DNA of 64,000 nucleotides from assembly GCA_964344235.1 (NCBI GenBank), contig CAYFMJ010000001.1, positions 256,001 to 320,000 on the forward strand, in the 5' to 3' direction. Position numbers and translations under genes: made by a program. The DNA comes from an uncultured Methanosarcinales archaeon (GTDB lineage Archaea; Nanobdellota; Nanobdellia; Woesearchaeales; GW2011-AR9). Positions within the stretch are counted from its first letter, which is position 1. Each line of letters begins with the position of its first letter. The notes under the pieces were generated by a model, which saw nothing but the letters and a program-made list of their open reading frames with translations, searched no databases and had not been told where the DNA came from. Below are positions 48,206 to 58,424 of this stretch, in pieces.

Positions 48206-48750
48206 TGATTCATTCGACAGCAGATGTTTCTCCAGAAGCAGTGTTGGGGAAGAATGTAAAAGTGTGGCACCAATCGCAGGTACGGGAGAAAGTGATTATC
48301 GGTGATAATTGTATTTTAGCAAAGAATGTGTATGTTGATAAAGATGTAGTTATTGGCAAGAATTGTAAAATTCAAAATAATAGCTCTCTGTACCATGGGG
48401 CGTTGTTAGGAGATGGCGTATTTATTGGCCCACATTGTGTTTTGACAAATGACAGATATCCTCGCGCTGTTACAGTTGATGGGGATTTGAAACAGGATAC
48501 TGATTGGGAAGAAGGAAAAGTTGTGATTAAAGGGGGGGCGTCCTTGGGTGCGGGGGTTATTGTGTTGCCGGGAGTTACAATTGGAAAGTATGCACTCGTG
48601 GGAGCAGGGAGTGTTGTTGCGAAAGACGTTCCTGATTTTGGGTTAGTGTATGGTAACAGAGCGGAGTTACGGGGATTTGTGTGTAAGTGTGGGAAGAAGC
48701 TAGCTGTTGGTAAGATTGGCGGGGAGATGTGTGAGGAATGTTTAGAATAG
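48202..48750 (+). CDS. Hexapeptide-repeat N-acetyltransferase (WbpD-like)
   Basis: IHSTADV, VWH, IQNN, FTND.YPRA-like LTNDRYPRA and a C-terminal CKCG. Confidence 0.88.
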   Translation: MMIHSTADVSPEAVLGKNVKVWHQSQVREKVIIGDNCILAKNVYVDKDVVIGKNCKIQNNSSLYHGALLGDGVFIGPHCVLTNDRYPRAVTVDGDLKQDTDWEEGKVVIKGGASLGAGVIVLPGVTIGKYALVGAGSVVAKDVPDFGLVYGNRAELRGFVCKCGKKLAVGKIGGEMCEECLE

Positions 48751-48755
48751 TTGTG

Positions 48756-49688
48756 TTATATTCTCTCTAATTCTGGGATCATTTCTGTTGGATCAACCCC
48801 ATAGCTTTCTGCCATGCAGATGAATGTTGGAGAAACGGTGGCAGGGAATCTTGTGTGGTTATCAAGTAGATGTGCTATGCCTGCTGCATCTGCTGTTACC
48901 GAAGCACCTTGGGAATATTTCCCCGAGTGTATCCCCTGGCGCATTTGTTCTGCAGTAACGTCAATTTCTGCATAAGTCGTACGCGTAATATCTAAGTCGT
49001 GAATTGAACGAATAATGGCAGTAACTCTAACATCTTGTACTCTCGCACTTAAACTTGCCACTCCTGGAAACTCTAGGGAAAGCATTCTTTTAACATGGTC
49101 TTCGAATGTAGAGCTATCGGCTGTCACTTCATCAACGAAGAGAGAAGGGTCGCCGCTGATTCGTCCACCACTTGGGAAAGACCAACTGTTTGTGTAGCAA
49201 TCAACGTTGTTGGTTCTCACTCCGTATAAGAACTGCCTATCACTTGTTCTGATAAGTGTGCTCACTGCAAAAGCGGTTGCTAGCTCATTGCCATTTGGAA
49301 CTATTGCTCGTAGCGCTCTATCCGAGACTTTTCGATATCTGTAAGGGCGATGTTGCGCAGTCCATGTATCATCAATCCCATTCACGGGAGTCGTTCCATG
49401 GTGTTGTCTGTAGTCTGTCTTTCCAAGCCGTATTGCTGTTGTGTCGCTTTCTGGTTGGATTCCATTGAAATATACTAATGGGCCATTGAACAACGTTTTC
49501 CTTGCAACTTCTGCTTCTGCCTTTTTCTCTTTCCACACTCGCTCTATCCTCTTTTTTACTGCTGGTGTTGGGGTAAAATCTTCTCCTCGTTCAAATACTA
49601 GGTTTTCACCTAAGGTAAGGTCACTTGCGTCAAGTTCGGTGATCCAAGAACGTGAGCGATCTCGGGAGTCAAGATGGTATAGGGGCAT
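48756..49688 (-). CDS. Hypothetical protein, divergent Nudix-like (NUDT22-like)
   Basis: I..VW......LFNGP...LGKTDY and SFPSGG patterns; the Nudix box is not canonical. Confidence 0.5.
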   Translation of the reverse strand: MPLYHLDSRDRSRSWITELDASDLTLGENLVFERGEDFTPTPAVKKRIERVWKEKKAEAEVARKTLFNGPLVYFNGIQPESDTTAIRLGKTDYRQHHGTTPVNGIDDTWTAQHRPYRYRKVSDRALRAIVPNGNELATAFAVSTLIRTSDRQFLYGVRTNNVDCYTNSWSFPSGGRISGDPSLFVDEVTADSSTFEDHVKRMLSLEFPGVASLSARVQDVRVTAIIRSIHDLDITRTTYAEIDVTAEQMRQGIHSGKYSQGASVTADAAGIAHLLDNHTRFPATVSPTFICMAESYGVDPTEMIPELERI

Positions 49689-49790
49689 TTTTGCTATTTT
49701 TTTGTAAATAGAATAAAAATCTTATGTATTAATTCCTCTTTCATTAAAAGTTGCATAAGTTATTTAAACTGATTTGTTCTCGGAGTTGCT

Positions 49791-50189
49791 ATGTCAACGT
49801 GGCGTGAGGATTTCGATGCGTGGAAGGCGTTTGCGGACGCTTATGGTTTACATTCTTTAGATGATCTCTCTGATAGATTTGGCATACCGATTCCAGAAAG
49901 TCCAAGTTTCTCTTTTGAAACCATTCCTGTGCCACTTTCTCCTGAAAATCAAGATACTCTCGCCGAAGAAGTTCAAAAGCTTTGGGATGTCGAATTTGCT
50001 CCTAATGGCTATGAGAATTCACCTCGTTATGGCGTTTTTGGCATTGATGATAACTTGTGGCTAATTACTGATGGGCTTAGATTTGAGGCATGGGCAACCG
50101 ACTATGCAACATCTCGCTTTGCAAATAGAGATGACAAAGAAGTACTTTGGGCTACATTGAATGAGAATCAAAGAAGTTATTTAGAATGA
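49791..50189 (+). CDS. Hypothetical acidic protein
   Basis: 132-aa ORF with TTATTTAAA ~22 nt upstream. Confidence 0.65.
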   Translation: MSTWREDFDAWKAFADAYGLHSLDDLSDRFGIPIPESPSFSFETIPVPLSPENQDTLAEEVQKLWDVEFAPNGYENSPRYGVFGIDDNLWLITDGLRFEAWATDYATSRFANRDDKEVLWATLNENQRSYLE

Positions 50190-50195
50190 TTAAAG

Positions 50196-50657
50196 TTGCC
50201 AGGCATTATTGTAGTAACGAAAATCGCTGGTTCTGGGGGGCGAGATGATAAGTATTTACTCTCTTCACGAAAAGATGTTCGTGATGGTGTGGCTCGGAGG
50301 AGGGACCAATCTTTAGAATCACCACAAGGATTAATCCCATTGGGAGATTATGCAAACCCTGTCCACACACATGCTCTTAATTTATTGTGTGATGAAGCGG
50401 AGATTAGTGAAGGAATGGTTGAAGGGTTATACTTTAATGGCCTTGTTGAGTCACCTGCGTATGGTGATTTTGCTTTAGTGTTCACTGCAGAAGTTGACCC
50501 CGCAGCGCACGTTGTTGCTGCAACAGAGGAAGCGACTGATTTACATTATAATCGTCAATGGTTCTCGGCAGATGAAATCAATGAGATGCAACCAAATGTA
50601 ATTAATCCTGCAGTCTATAATGCGTTGAAAGTAGCGGGTGTTGTGCGGGAAGATTAA
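50196..50657 (+). CDS. Hypothetical protein (possible degenerate Nudix fold)
   Basis: TTG start; YLLSSR...W-F pattern; weak. Confidence 0.55.
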   Translation: MPGIIVVTKIAGSGGRDDKYLLSSRKDVRDGVARRRDQSLESPQGLIPLGDYANPVHTHALNLLCDEAEISEGMVEGLYFNGLVESPAYGDFALVFTAEVDPAAHVVAATEEATDLHYNRQWFSADEINEMQPNVINPAVYNALKVAGVVRED

Positions 50658-50706
50658 AATTACTGTTCCCTAACTTTTATAAACGAATTTCTTGCTTTTT
50701 TAGGTA

Positions 50707-51774
50707 ATGATTCCAATGGCGAAGCCTCTCTTAGGTGAAGAGGAAAAGGCGGCAGTTTTGAGGGTATTAGAGTCTGGACAACTTGCGCAAGGTAGTGTTG
50801 TTAAAGAATTTGAAGAAGCGTTTGCAGCGTTTATTGGTGTGAAACATGCTATTGCTACAGGCAATGGTACAGCGGCACTACATACAGCATTAATGGCGCA
50901 TGATATCAGTCCGGGAGATGAGGTAATTACGACGCCGTTTACGTTTATTGCAACTGCCAATGCTATCAAAATGGTTGGTGCGACCCCTGTGTTTGTTGAT
51001 ATTGAAGAAGACTCATTTAATCTTAATCCGGAGCTTGTTGCTGGTGCGATTACGGAAAGAACTAAAGCGGTGCTTGCTGTTCATTTATTTGGAAAAGCTG
51101 CAAGAGTTGACCGTTTACGTGAAGTGTGTAGGGAGAATGGTTTGGTATTGCTAGAAGATGCGTGCCAGGCGCACGGGGCGACACATAATGGCGCGAACGT
51201 GGGTTCATTTGGTACAAGCTGTTTTTCATTTTATCCCACAAAAAATATGACTACTGGAGAAGGTGGCATGGTTACAACGAATAATGACGTTGTAGCAGAG
51301 AAAGCACGGTGGTTAATTGATCATGGGGCTGTAGAAAAGTATACTCATCCAATGTTTGGTTATAATTATCGTATGACGAATATTGCAGCAGCGATTGGCA
51401 TTGAACAGTTAAAGAAGTTGCATGAATTTAATGCAGCACGGCGTGGGAATGCGCTGCGGCTGAATGAAGGTCTTGCTGGAGTCCCTGGTCTTGTGTTACC
51501 AGTAGTTGAAGAGGGACATGTGTTCCACCAATATACTGTACGAGTTAACGATAGAGATGCTGTTGCAGAGTTGCTTAAAGAGAAAGGTGTTGGCTCGGCT
51601 GTGTATTATCCTATTCCAATTCATAAACAGGGTGCGTATGCAGTCTGGAACAATGTTTCGTTCCCGGCTGCGGAGAAAGCAGCAGCAGAGGTGTTATCTT
51701 TGCCCGTTCATCCAAGTGTGACCCGGGGGGAGATTGACAGAGTTATTTTAGCGATGCGTGAGGTATTGCGATGA
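50707..51774 (+). CDS. DegT/DnrJ family aminotransferase (WbpE-like)
   Basis: GNGTAALH, VHLFG, EDACQAHG, SFYPTKNMTTGEGG and GYNYRM motifs. Confidence 0.92.
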   Translation: MIPMAKPLLGEEEKAAVLRVLESGQLAQGSVVKEFEEAFAAFIGVKHAIATGNGTAALHTALMAHDISPGDEVITTPFTFIATANAIKMVGATPVFVDIEEDSFNLNPELVAGAITERTKAVLAVHLFGKAARVDRLREVCRENGLVLLEDACQAHGATHNGANVGSFGTSCFSFYPTKNMTTGEGGMVTTNNDVVAEKARWLIDHGAVEKYTHPMFGYNYRMTNIAAAIGIEQLKKLHEFNAARRGNALRLNEGLAGVPGLVLPVVEEGHVFHQYTVRVNDRDAVAELLKEKGVGSAVYYPIPIHKQGAYAVWNNVSFPAAEKAAAEVLSLPVHPSVTRGEIDRVILAMREVLR

Positions 51775-52751
51775 TTGAGAAGAAAAGAATAGCAGTAATT
51801 GGTCTAGGGAATATGGGGAAGCATCATGCTCGGAACTATACGCTTGTTCATGGTGTTGAGTTAGTAGCGGTTTGTGACCTTAATAGAACATTAGCTGATA
51901 CAACAGCAGCGAAGTTTGGCTGTAAAGCATATTACGATTATAGGCAGATGTTAGACCTGGAGACGATTGATGCAGTCAGTATTGTTGTGCCAACGTTATT
52001 TCATAAAGAAGTTGCATTGTACTGTTTAGAGAAAGGGATTGATATTTTAGTAGAGAAGCCGATAGCGGCTACTGTAGAGGATGCACAAGAAATTATTGCT
52101 AAAGCACAGGAGAATGGGCGGATTTTACAAGTGGGTCATGTGGAGCGATTTAATCCTGCCGTGCAGAAGCTGAAGCAGGTTATTGAAAGTGGCAAGTTGG
52201 GAGAAGTAACGTCGGTCATTGCTCGGCGGGTGGGGGCAGTTCCGGTACAAGTGAGGGATGCTAACGTTGTTATTGATTTAGCGGTTCATGATATTGATGT
52301 GATTAATTACATTTATGGGGGCTTTCCAGAGAATATTTTGGGGAATATGGGAAAAGCAATGGTTGAGCAGCGAGAGGATTATGCAGAAATCTTCTTAAAG
52401 TACGGAAATCGATCTGGCTATATTCAGGTGAATTGGATAACTCCTGTTAAGATTCGGAATCTCACCGTAACTGGGAGTCGAGGTTATGCAGAGCTGAACT
52501 ATATTACGCAGGAACTTATCGTGCATGAAAGTAATTATACTAAAGAAGTTGTTGATGAGTATGGCGATTATGTCGTAAAGTTTGGTGTGCCAGATAAAAC
52601 ACATATCGGTGTTGAAGTTGCAGAACCTCTCCTTTTAGAGTTAGACCACTTTGTTAGCTGTGTGCGGGATCGAAAAGAGCCTCTTGTTACAGGAGAGATG
52701 GGATTGCAGGCGCTACGGGTGGCTCTTGAGGTTATGAAGAATAATGGATAA
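51771..52751 (+). CDS. Gfo/Idh/MocA oxidoreductase (WbpB/WlbA-like)
   Basis: GLGNMG, VEKP, VGHVERFNP and DLAVHDID motifs. Confidence 0.9.
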   Translation: MIEKKRIAVIGLGNMGKHHARNYTLVHGVELVAVCDLNRTLADTTAAKFGCKAYYDYRQMLDLETIDAVSIVVPTLFHKEVALYCLEKGIDILVEKPIAATVEDAQEIIAKAQENGRILQVGHVERFNPAVQKLKQVIESGKLGEVTSVIARRVGAVPVQVRDANVVIDLAVHDIDVINYIYGGFPENILGNMGKAMVEQREDYAEIFLKYGNRSGYIQVNWITPVKIRNLTVTGSRGYAELNYITQELIVHESNYTKEVVDEYGDYVVKFGVPDKTHIGVEVAEPLLLELDHFVSCVRDRKEPLVTGEMGLQALRVALEVMKNNG

Positions 52752-54414
52752 AAAAATTATTTTTCTTGTAATCCTGGGAATTCTTGTGTTCGGTTTTAGG
52801 GCTGTTAATCTAAACGAAGCCATTTATGACGATGAAGCTAACTTTGCGTATTCCTTAACAGTAATGGATGAATGGGGGTTTAATCATGATTTTCCATCTC
52901 CACAGTTGTTTAATGTTTTGTATAAACCGTTTATCGCTTTGTTTGGGTTGCAGACGTGGGTGTTTCGTTTGTTGCCTTGGCTTTTTGGTATATTAAATAC
53001 AGTTTTTGTATACTTTTTTGCCAGAAGAAATTGGGGCAAATCAGTTGCTTTTTGGTCGACACTTTTGATGTTAGTAAGTTTTTATCCAACCCTCGCATCC
53101 CTACAGTTTGATGTTGAAGGAAGTTTAGTAATGTCTGCTATTCTGTTATTATTCTTTTCGTATATCGAATCTGAAAGCGCTTATTGTGTGAGAAAAAAGC
53201 GATTTTGGCAAATTCTAGCAGGCGTGGGCCTGGGTATTGCTGTGATTTCAAAGTATAATTCTGTGTATATTGTTTTGCCTTTGTTCATATATGTTCTTAT
53301 GCGGAACAAGTGGCGCCTTAAAAATACGTTTAAGTGTCTCTTTTTGGTATATTTCTCAGGTTTTATTCTCTTTGTTGCTCAACTCCTTTTTGCTATTATG
53401 ATTGTGCCACAAGAGGCTGCGAATGCAATACCGTTTTTTTCTTGGTCAACTGGATTTGGTGCGGCATATCGTCCAGCTGGTGTCTCCTTTTTAGGGTTAC
53501 TTATGTTTTCACTGTGGGGCACGTCGCTTTTGCTCGGCTTCTATCTACTTTCATTTTGGCAACGAAGAAAGAAAACATTATTCTTTTTTTTGTGGGTTAC
53601 AGGAGCTCTCTTGTTTTACACATTGTTTTTAACGTATGGTTCAATGGATCGCTACTTTATGAACACAATTCCAGCAATGGCGATATTGGGTGGAATCTAT
53701 ATCTCGAGTCTCACCCTAAAACGAAAACACCTTTTCTTTGGAAGTGTCATCTGTTTCTTCTTTCTTATCATGCTCTTTTTGATAAACTCTTTTCCCATAC
53801 ACTATATTTCACGTTTTCCAAATCTCTATCTACAAGAACTTACGCTTTTTAACTTGAATTTTCTCTTTTCATACACCTCTGCGTCTGGGCCAACGTTTGG
53901 CGTTAATTTTGCAACAATTTTTCTTTCATTTGTGTTGGCGTTTTATTTTCTCGTGTTTTATTTATGGTATCGTCGAAAGAATAGGGCTCTTGCAAAATAT
54001 TGCTTCACAGTATTTCTTTTTGTGTCTATTGCTTTTAATCTCTTTCTCGTCTCGGAATATTTATTTCACCCTACCGGTGTTGCAGTAAGTGATGCCAAAA
54101 AAGAAATGATCTCATATGCACAACAGAATGAGCTGCCTTTTCCAATATATTCAAACGATGAGGGAATACAATGGTATTTTGATCATTACTATTGGCATAA
54201 TAAAGAGAACGTTGTGAGTTTCCCCGACAATGAAATTGGAGATGACCCTCGGTCAGCTATCGAAAGCATCAAAGAAAGAGCTGGGACAATTCTTTTGCTG
54301 CATTGGCCACCACTCCATGAAAAAAGCCCTGCGTGGGCGGTTGTTTCGTTGTGCACACAGAAAGAGGAATTTTTTTCAAAAGGACGATTGATTGGAGAGG
54401 TTTACACCTGTTAA
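52744..54414 (+). CDS. GT39/ArnT/PMT-like membrane glycosyltransferase
   Basis: YDDEA loop motif, FRLLP, SKYN, DRY and many TMs. Confidence 0.8.
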   Translation: MDKKIIFLVILGILVFGFRAVNLNEAIYDDEANFAYSLTVMDEWGFNHDFPSPQLFNVLYKPFIALFGLQTWVFRLLPWLFGILNTVFVYFFARRNWGKSVAFWSTLLMLVSFYPTLASLQFDVEGSLVMSAILLLFFSYIESESAYCVRKKRFWQILAGVGLGIAVISKYNSVYIVLPLFIYVLMRNKWRLKNTFKCLFLVYFSGFILFVAQLLFAIMIVPQEAANAIPFFSWSTGFGAAYRPAGVSFLGLLMFSLWGTSLLLGFYLLSFWQRRKKTLFFFLWVTGALLFYTLFLTYGSMDRYFMNTIPAMAILGGIYISSLTLKRKHLFFGSVICFFFLIMLFLINSFPIHYISRFPNLYLQELTLFNLNFLFSYTSASGPTFGVNFATIFLSFVLAFYFLVFYLWYRRKNRALAKYCFTVFLFVSIAFNLFLVSEYLFHPTGVAVSDAKKEMISYAQQNELPFPIYSNDEGIQWYFDHYYWHNKENVVSFPDNEIGDDPRSAIESIKERAGTILLLHWPPLHEKSPAWAVVSLCTQKEEFFSKGRLIGEVYTC

Positions 54415-54462
54415 GGATTTTAATATTAAATTGGCGACTCAGAACTGGGAAACCAAATTCAT

Positions 54463-55380
54463 TTAAAATTTATTTTTTAAGAATTTTAGGTCAACTTCTT
54501 CACGCCAGAATAAATTTCTTGCTTTGGCAAATGTGTTAAGGTTCTGCAGGTATAGACTCTGTTTTTGTGGGTCTTTAAACTCGTTCTCTAAGTTTGCTAT
54601 TTCTTCTAGTTCAACTTTAATTGTATCTTTATAGTCTTGATTTGTAAGGTGTTTTAGCATTGACTTATATTGTTGCTTTTTTAGATTAATCCCATATGAA
54701 ATATATTTTGCATTAAAGCTTGTTTTCATTCCAGCAATATTACTATCATATTGGCGATAATAAGTATAGCTATTTTTGAGGAGTTTTGCTTTATGACCCT
54801 GTGCTAAGAGAGAGGAAAAAATCCACCAATCAGTTACTACTAAGTTTGAAGTTATTGGAAATATTTTTTCAAGAAGATTAGCCCTTATTGCAGTGTTATT
54901 TAGGCCACAAAGGTTTTTTTTAATGTTATCCACAAATGAAATCGTATCTGACTTAAGTTTTTCTTGATACCAAGGTCCACTTTTTTGTTTTCCATTTTCA
55001 TATGTTGGAATGAGATCAGTAAATACAATTTCATCTGTTTGGAGAGCTTCTCTTGTTTTAGCTACTCGGTCTTTGTCAAAATAATCATCAGTATCGGTGA
55101 AAATAATCACTTTAACATTTTCCTTTTTAACTTTCTCTTGGAGTGAAGGGATAATGTATTGCCAAAGAGTGGGACCTTTCGCTCCCGGGTTTGGAACTGG
55201 AAGAATTTGAACTTTTATTTTAGAGTTTATTCGTGCAGTGACCTCTTCTGTGTTAGGATAATTATTGTCAAAAAGCCAAAGTTCGAAGTTAGTATCGGTT
55301 TGGTCATTAATGGCTTTTCTGTATTGGGGCCAAAATGGGCGCATTATGGGATACAGAACGCCAACAACTATTAATTTCAT
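54463..55380 (-). CDS. GT-A fold glycosyltransferase-like protein
   Basis: NDQTDTNFEL...DN, FTDTDD (DxD), DWW and YRQY motifs. Confidence 0.72.
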   Translation of the reverse strand: MKLIVVGVLYPIMRPFWPQYRKAINDQTDTNFELWLFDNNYPNTEEVTARINSKIKVQILPVPNPGAKGPTLWQYIIPSLQEKVKKENVKVIIFTDTDDYFDKDRVAKTREALQTDEIVFTDLIPTYENGKQKSGPWYQEKLKSDTISFVDNIKKNLCGLNNTAIRANLLEKIFPITSNLVVTDWWIFSSLLAQGHKAKLLKNSYTYYRQYDSNIAGMKTSFNAKYISYGINLKKQQYKSMLKHLTNQDYKDTIKVELEEIANLENEFKDPQKQSLYLQNLNTFAKARNLFWREEVDLKFLKNKF

Positions 55381-56072
55381 TTTCTCTTTCTCTCGTCTTT
55401 AAAATTGACTGGCTTTTGATAACGAAATAATCTAGCATTGGGCATTACCATTACAGAGTTATCTTCAACGTCGGTTTGAATAATTGCTCCCGCTCCCGTT
55501 AGAACATTGTTCCCAATCTTTCTTTTTTCGATAATGCGAGTGCCCATACCAAAGAAGTTATAGTTACCAATAGTAACATTTCCACCAATGATTACACTCG
55601 TACAGAAATTACAGAAACTTCCAATATACGTGTCGTGTCCAATGACACAATAGCGGTTGAAGTAGTTAAAATCTCCAATTTCAATATCTGTTGTAAGGTT
55701 CGTTCCAACATTTATAATATTTCCCTCTCCGAACTTTACTCCTTCGGCGTCATACAAAACTGAGGGATGAATTAAGTTTGGAAATGTAATGGAACACTGA
55801 TTATACTGTTTAATCTTTTGTACAATTGTGGCCGTGGTTCGAGGTGTTCCGTTGGCGACGGCGATACAAATCTCGCTTTTACCCCGGAGGGCAGCATCGA
55901 GTGATGGAAATACTGGTAAGCCGTACACTTTTCTTCCTTTAAATTTCTTAGAGTTGTCAACAAATCCTAAGAGGTTGTAACCACCAATCTGTTTAATAAG
56001 CCAGGCAATGTGACGCCCTTGGCCTCCTGCACAGTAAACGATAATATCTAATGGGGGAACGGTCTCGACCAT
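55377..56072 (-). CDS. NeuD/PglB-type sugar acyltransferase (hexapeptide repeat)
   Basis: AGGQG, FPNLIHPS, IGHD and hexapeptide repeats. Confidence 0.85.
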   Translation of the reverse strand: MVETVPPLDIIVYCAGGQGRHIAWLIKQIGGYNLLGFVDNSKKFKGRKVYGLPVFPSLDAALRGKSEICIAVANGTPRTTATIVQKIKQYNQCSITFPNLIHPSVLYDAEGVKFGEGNIINVGTNLTTDIEIGDFNYFNRYCVIGHDTYIGSFCNFCTSVIIGGNVTIGNYNFFGMGTRIIEKRKIGNNVLTGAGAIIQTDVEDNSVMVMPNARLFRYQKPVNFKDERKRK

Positions 56073-56166
56073 GTGCTAGTTGAGGATATTCTCTTTTTAA
56101 TTCTTATGAAAAATATGTTGTTTATTTCTACACAACCTTCTATGGAGTTGCTATCTTCTTAGAAAA

Positions 56167-56445
56167 TTAGACTTTTTTTGTAAGAATAAAGAGGTTATCT
56201 TTGATAGGCCTGAAGCCTTTTTGCTTTAAGAAAATGATAATTGATTTAATTGAAGTTAGTCTCGAGACTTCTGCTGGCGGAATGTTTTCTTGTAAGATCT
56301 TTTCAAGGCTGGTAATAATATCAAAGTGAGCAATGGAGTCCCATTGAGTATGAGTATCGCATGACGTCTCTATGGTGATCTGGCTAGAAGTAAGGTGTAA
56401 CACTTTCTGAAATAACTGTTTTAAATTAATCGAGCTTATTACCAT
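56167..56445 (-). CDS. Acyl carrier protein
   Basis: WDSIAH phosphopantetheine-Ser motif in a short helical protein, next to AcpS and an acyl ligase. Confidence 0.82.
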   Translation of the reverse strand: MVISSINLKQLFQKVLHLTSSQITIETSCDTHTQWDSIAHFDIITSLEKILQENIPPAEVSRLTSIKSIIIFLKQKGFRPIKDNLFILTKKV

Positions 56446-57958
56446 TGTATTCACCTGCAAGAAACAGTTCACGTACTTTGTTTCGTAAAATCTTCCCCCC
56501 TCCCCCGAGAGGGAAATCATCGATGCTATATATCTCCTCTGGACATTTGTAACTGGCTAAACTATTATGACAAAATTGAACTACACTTTGAGGCTGCCCC
56601 TGCTTGCTCGATTCTTTAATTTTAACAAGCCCGATTATTTTTTGATTTCTTATCGGATCTGGGATGGCAATGGTCACTGCATTCTCAACTGTGGGGTATG
56701 CATAAAGACATTCATCGACCTCTCTAAGGGAAACGTTTTTTCCCCCGACAATTGCAATGTCCTTCTTTCTTCCTTTTAAAAAAAGGAATTCTTCCTCATC
56801 TACATAACCTAAATCTCCCGTGTCAAACCAGCTATCTTTGATGACTCTGTTAGTGTTTTCTATATCATCAAGGTACCCTGGCATTAAGCCTTCACAGCGC
56901 ACCCAAATTTCACCTTCTTGTTTGGGTTGTGTAATGACATTTCCTTGCGTGTCTCGTATTTGATATTCCGTCATAACCGGTTTGCCGACAGACCCTTTCT
57001 TACGCTTCTTTCGCCCATTAACAAACAGCTGACCAGCGGTCTCACTCATCCCGAGAGAGTCAATCATTGGAAGGTAATAAATTGCTTCAAACTTTTCTTG
57101 TACTGAAGCAGGCAGAGGCGCAGAAGATGTACGAACGAAATCCATGGAGGATATATCAAACTCTTCTTTTTGTATTTCTGAGGCGACAATGATAGAATAA
57201 TGTGTTGGGGTAGCGTTCATCCATGTAGTTTTATATTGGTCCATTAAGTTGAACGTAGTAAAAGGAGTGAACATGCCTTGTTGGTAAACTGCACTACCAC
57301 CTGTTCTTATAACAGACCAGATTGTAAAGATTTGTCCATTTGTACCAGAAAAAGGAGTTAGTGCGAGCAAACGATCTTTTGGTTTTAGTTCTAAAGAAAT
57401 TTCCAAAGATTTTGCTCCCCAAAGAACATTTTTATGGGTTGATATGATCCCCTTCGGGCTTCCAGTACTTCCAGAAGTATAAAGACAAATGGCGGGGTCA
57501 TCTTCCTCTATAACTCGATCGCTCTTTGATGTAATACCAGATGAAATGGCTTTATCAATGGGGGCGATAAGCACCTGTGTCATTGAGTTCTTAACTTTTT
57601 GGGCGAATGAAATATGTTTGGGGTGAACAAGCAAGCAGTCTGCTCGGTATTTTTTGATTAGTTCTTCTTTTTCATCGTCAAGTAATTTTTCATCAGCCCA
57701 TAGAACTAATGAACCGTGTGTGATCGCTCCAAAGTAAGCTAAGTAACCAGCTTTAGAGCGCGGTGATAGAATTAAAAGACGACTCTTTTTTGGAATATTG
57801 TTTCTGTCTAAATAGTTTGCTATAACATTAGATTTCTCAAAGAGCTCTCTATAACTAATTTCTTCGTTATCTTCTGGAAAAATCGCACAAATTTTATTTT
57901 GATACTTTTGGGCTTGTATCTTCACTAATGCAGGGAGTGAGCGAATTGACATAATCAT
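56426..57958 (-). CDS. Class I adenylate-forming enzyme (acyl-CoA/acyl-ACP ligase)
   Basis: YTSGSTGSPKG, GMSET, DTGDLG, GRKKD and GKILR motifs. Confidence 0.9.
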   Translation of the reverse strand: MIMSIRSLPALVKIQAQKYQNKICAIFPEDNEEISYRELFEKSNVIANYLDRNNIPKKSRLLILSPRSKAGYLAYFGAITHGSLVLWADEKLLDDEKEELIKKYRADCLLVHPKHISFAQKVKNSMTQVLIAPIDKAISSGITSKSDRVIEEDDPAICLYTSGSTGSPKGIISTHKNVLWGAKSLEISLELKPKDRLLALTPFSGTNGQIFTIWSVIRTGGSAVYQQGMFTPFTTFNLMDQYKTTWMNATPTHYSIIVASEIQKEEFDISSMDFVRTSSAPLPASVQEKFEAIYYLPMIDSLGMSETAGQLFVNGRKKRKKGSVGKPVMTEYQIRDTQGNVITQPKQEGEIWVRCEGLMPGYLDDIENTNRVIKDSWFDTGDLGYVDEEEFLFLKGRKKDIAIVGGKNVSLREVDECLYAYPTVENAVTIAIPDPIRNQKIIGLVKIKESSKQGQPQSVVQFCHNSLASYKCPEEIYSIDDFPLGGGGKILRNKVRELFLAGEYNGNKLD

Positions 57959-58040
57959 TTGAAAAGTTTAGTTTTTTTAAATCTTTAGAAACTCTTTTTG
58001 TGAAGACGAGTCTTTATTGGGCACCTTGTTTTAAGATCTT

Positions 58041-58424
58041 TTACTTTCTTACGTACTTCTTGGAAACTATTGCAAATGCAAGCGCATATTCTGGAGTATG
58101 TGATAAAGAGACCTTTACCTGAAAACGATTTTGTATTTCGGGATAATGGATGAATACATTTGGTGAGCCATCTTCTTTTTTTTTTACTTCAATACATTTG
58201 AGGTCACCTTTAAAATCAATCTTTAGAACAAGGCCCATCAAAGCTTTAAAAACTGCTTCTTTGGTTGCAAAACGGGCTGCTAGATGTTGAGCTGGGTCTG
58301 TTTTTGAAAAGCAATAATCAAGCTCAGCCTGCCAGAATATTTTTGTGAGAAAGTTTTTATTTGATAATTTCTCTTTAAATCTGGAGATTGCACAAATATC
58401 TGTTCCAATAGCGAGGACTTCCAT
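58041..58424 (-). CDS. acpS: Holo-ACP synthase (4'-phosphopantetheinyl transferase)
   Basis: IGTDI, HLAARFATKEAVFKA, G.P and VSLSH motifs. Confidence 0.92.
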   Translation of the reverse strand: MEVLAIGTDICAISRFKEKLSNKNFLTKIFWQAELDYCFSKTDPAQHLAARFATKEAVFKALMGLVLKIDFKGDLKCIEVKKKEDGSPNVFIHYPEIQNRFQVKVSLSHTPEYALAFAIVSKKYVRK

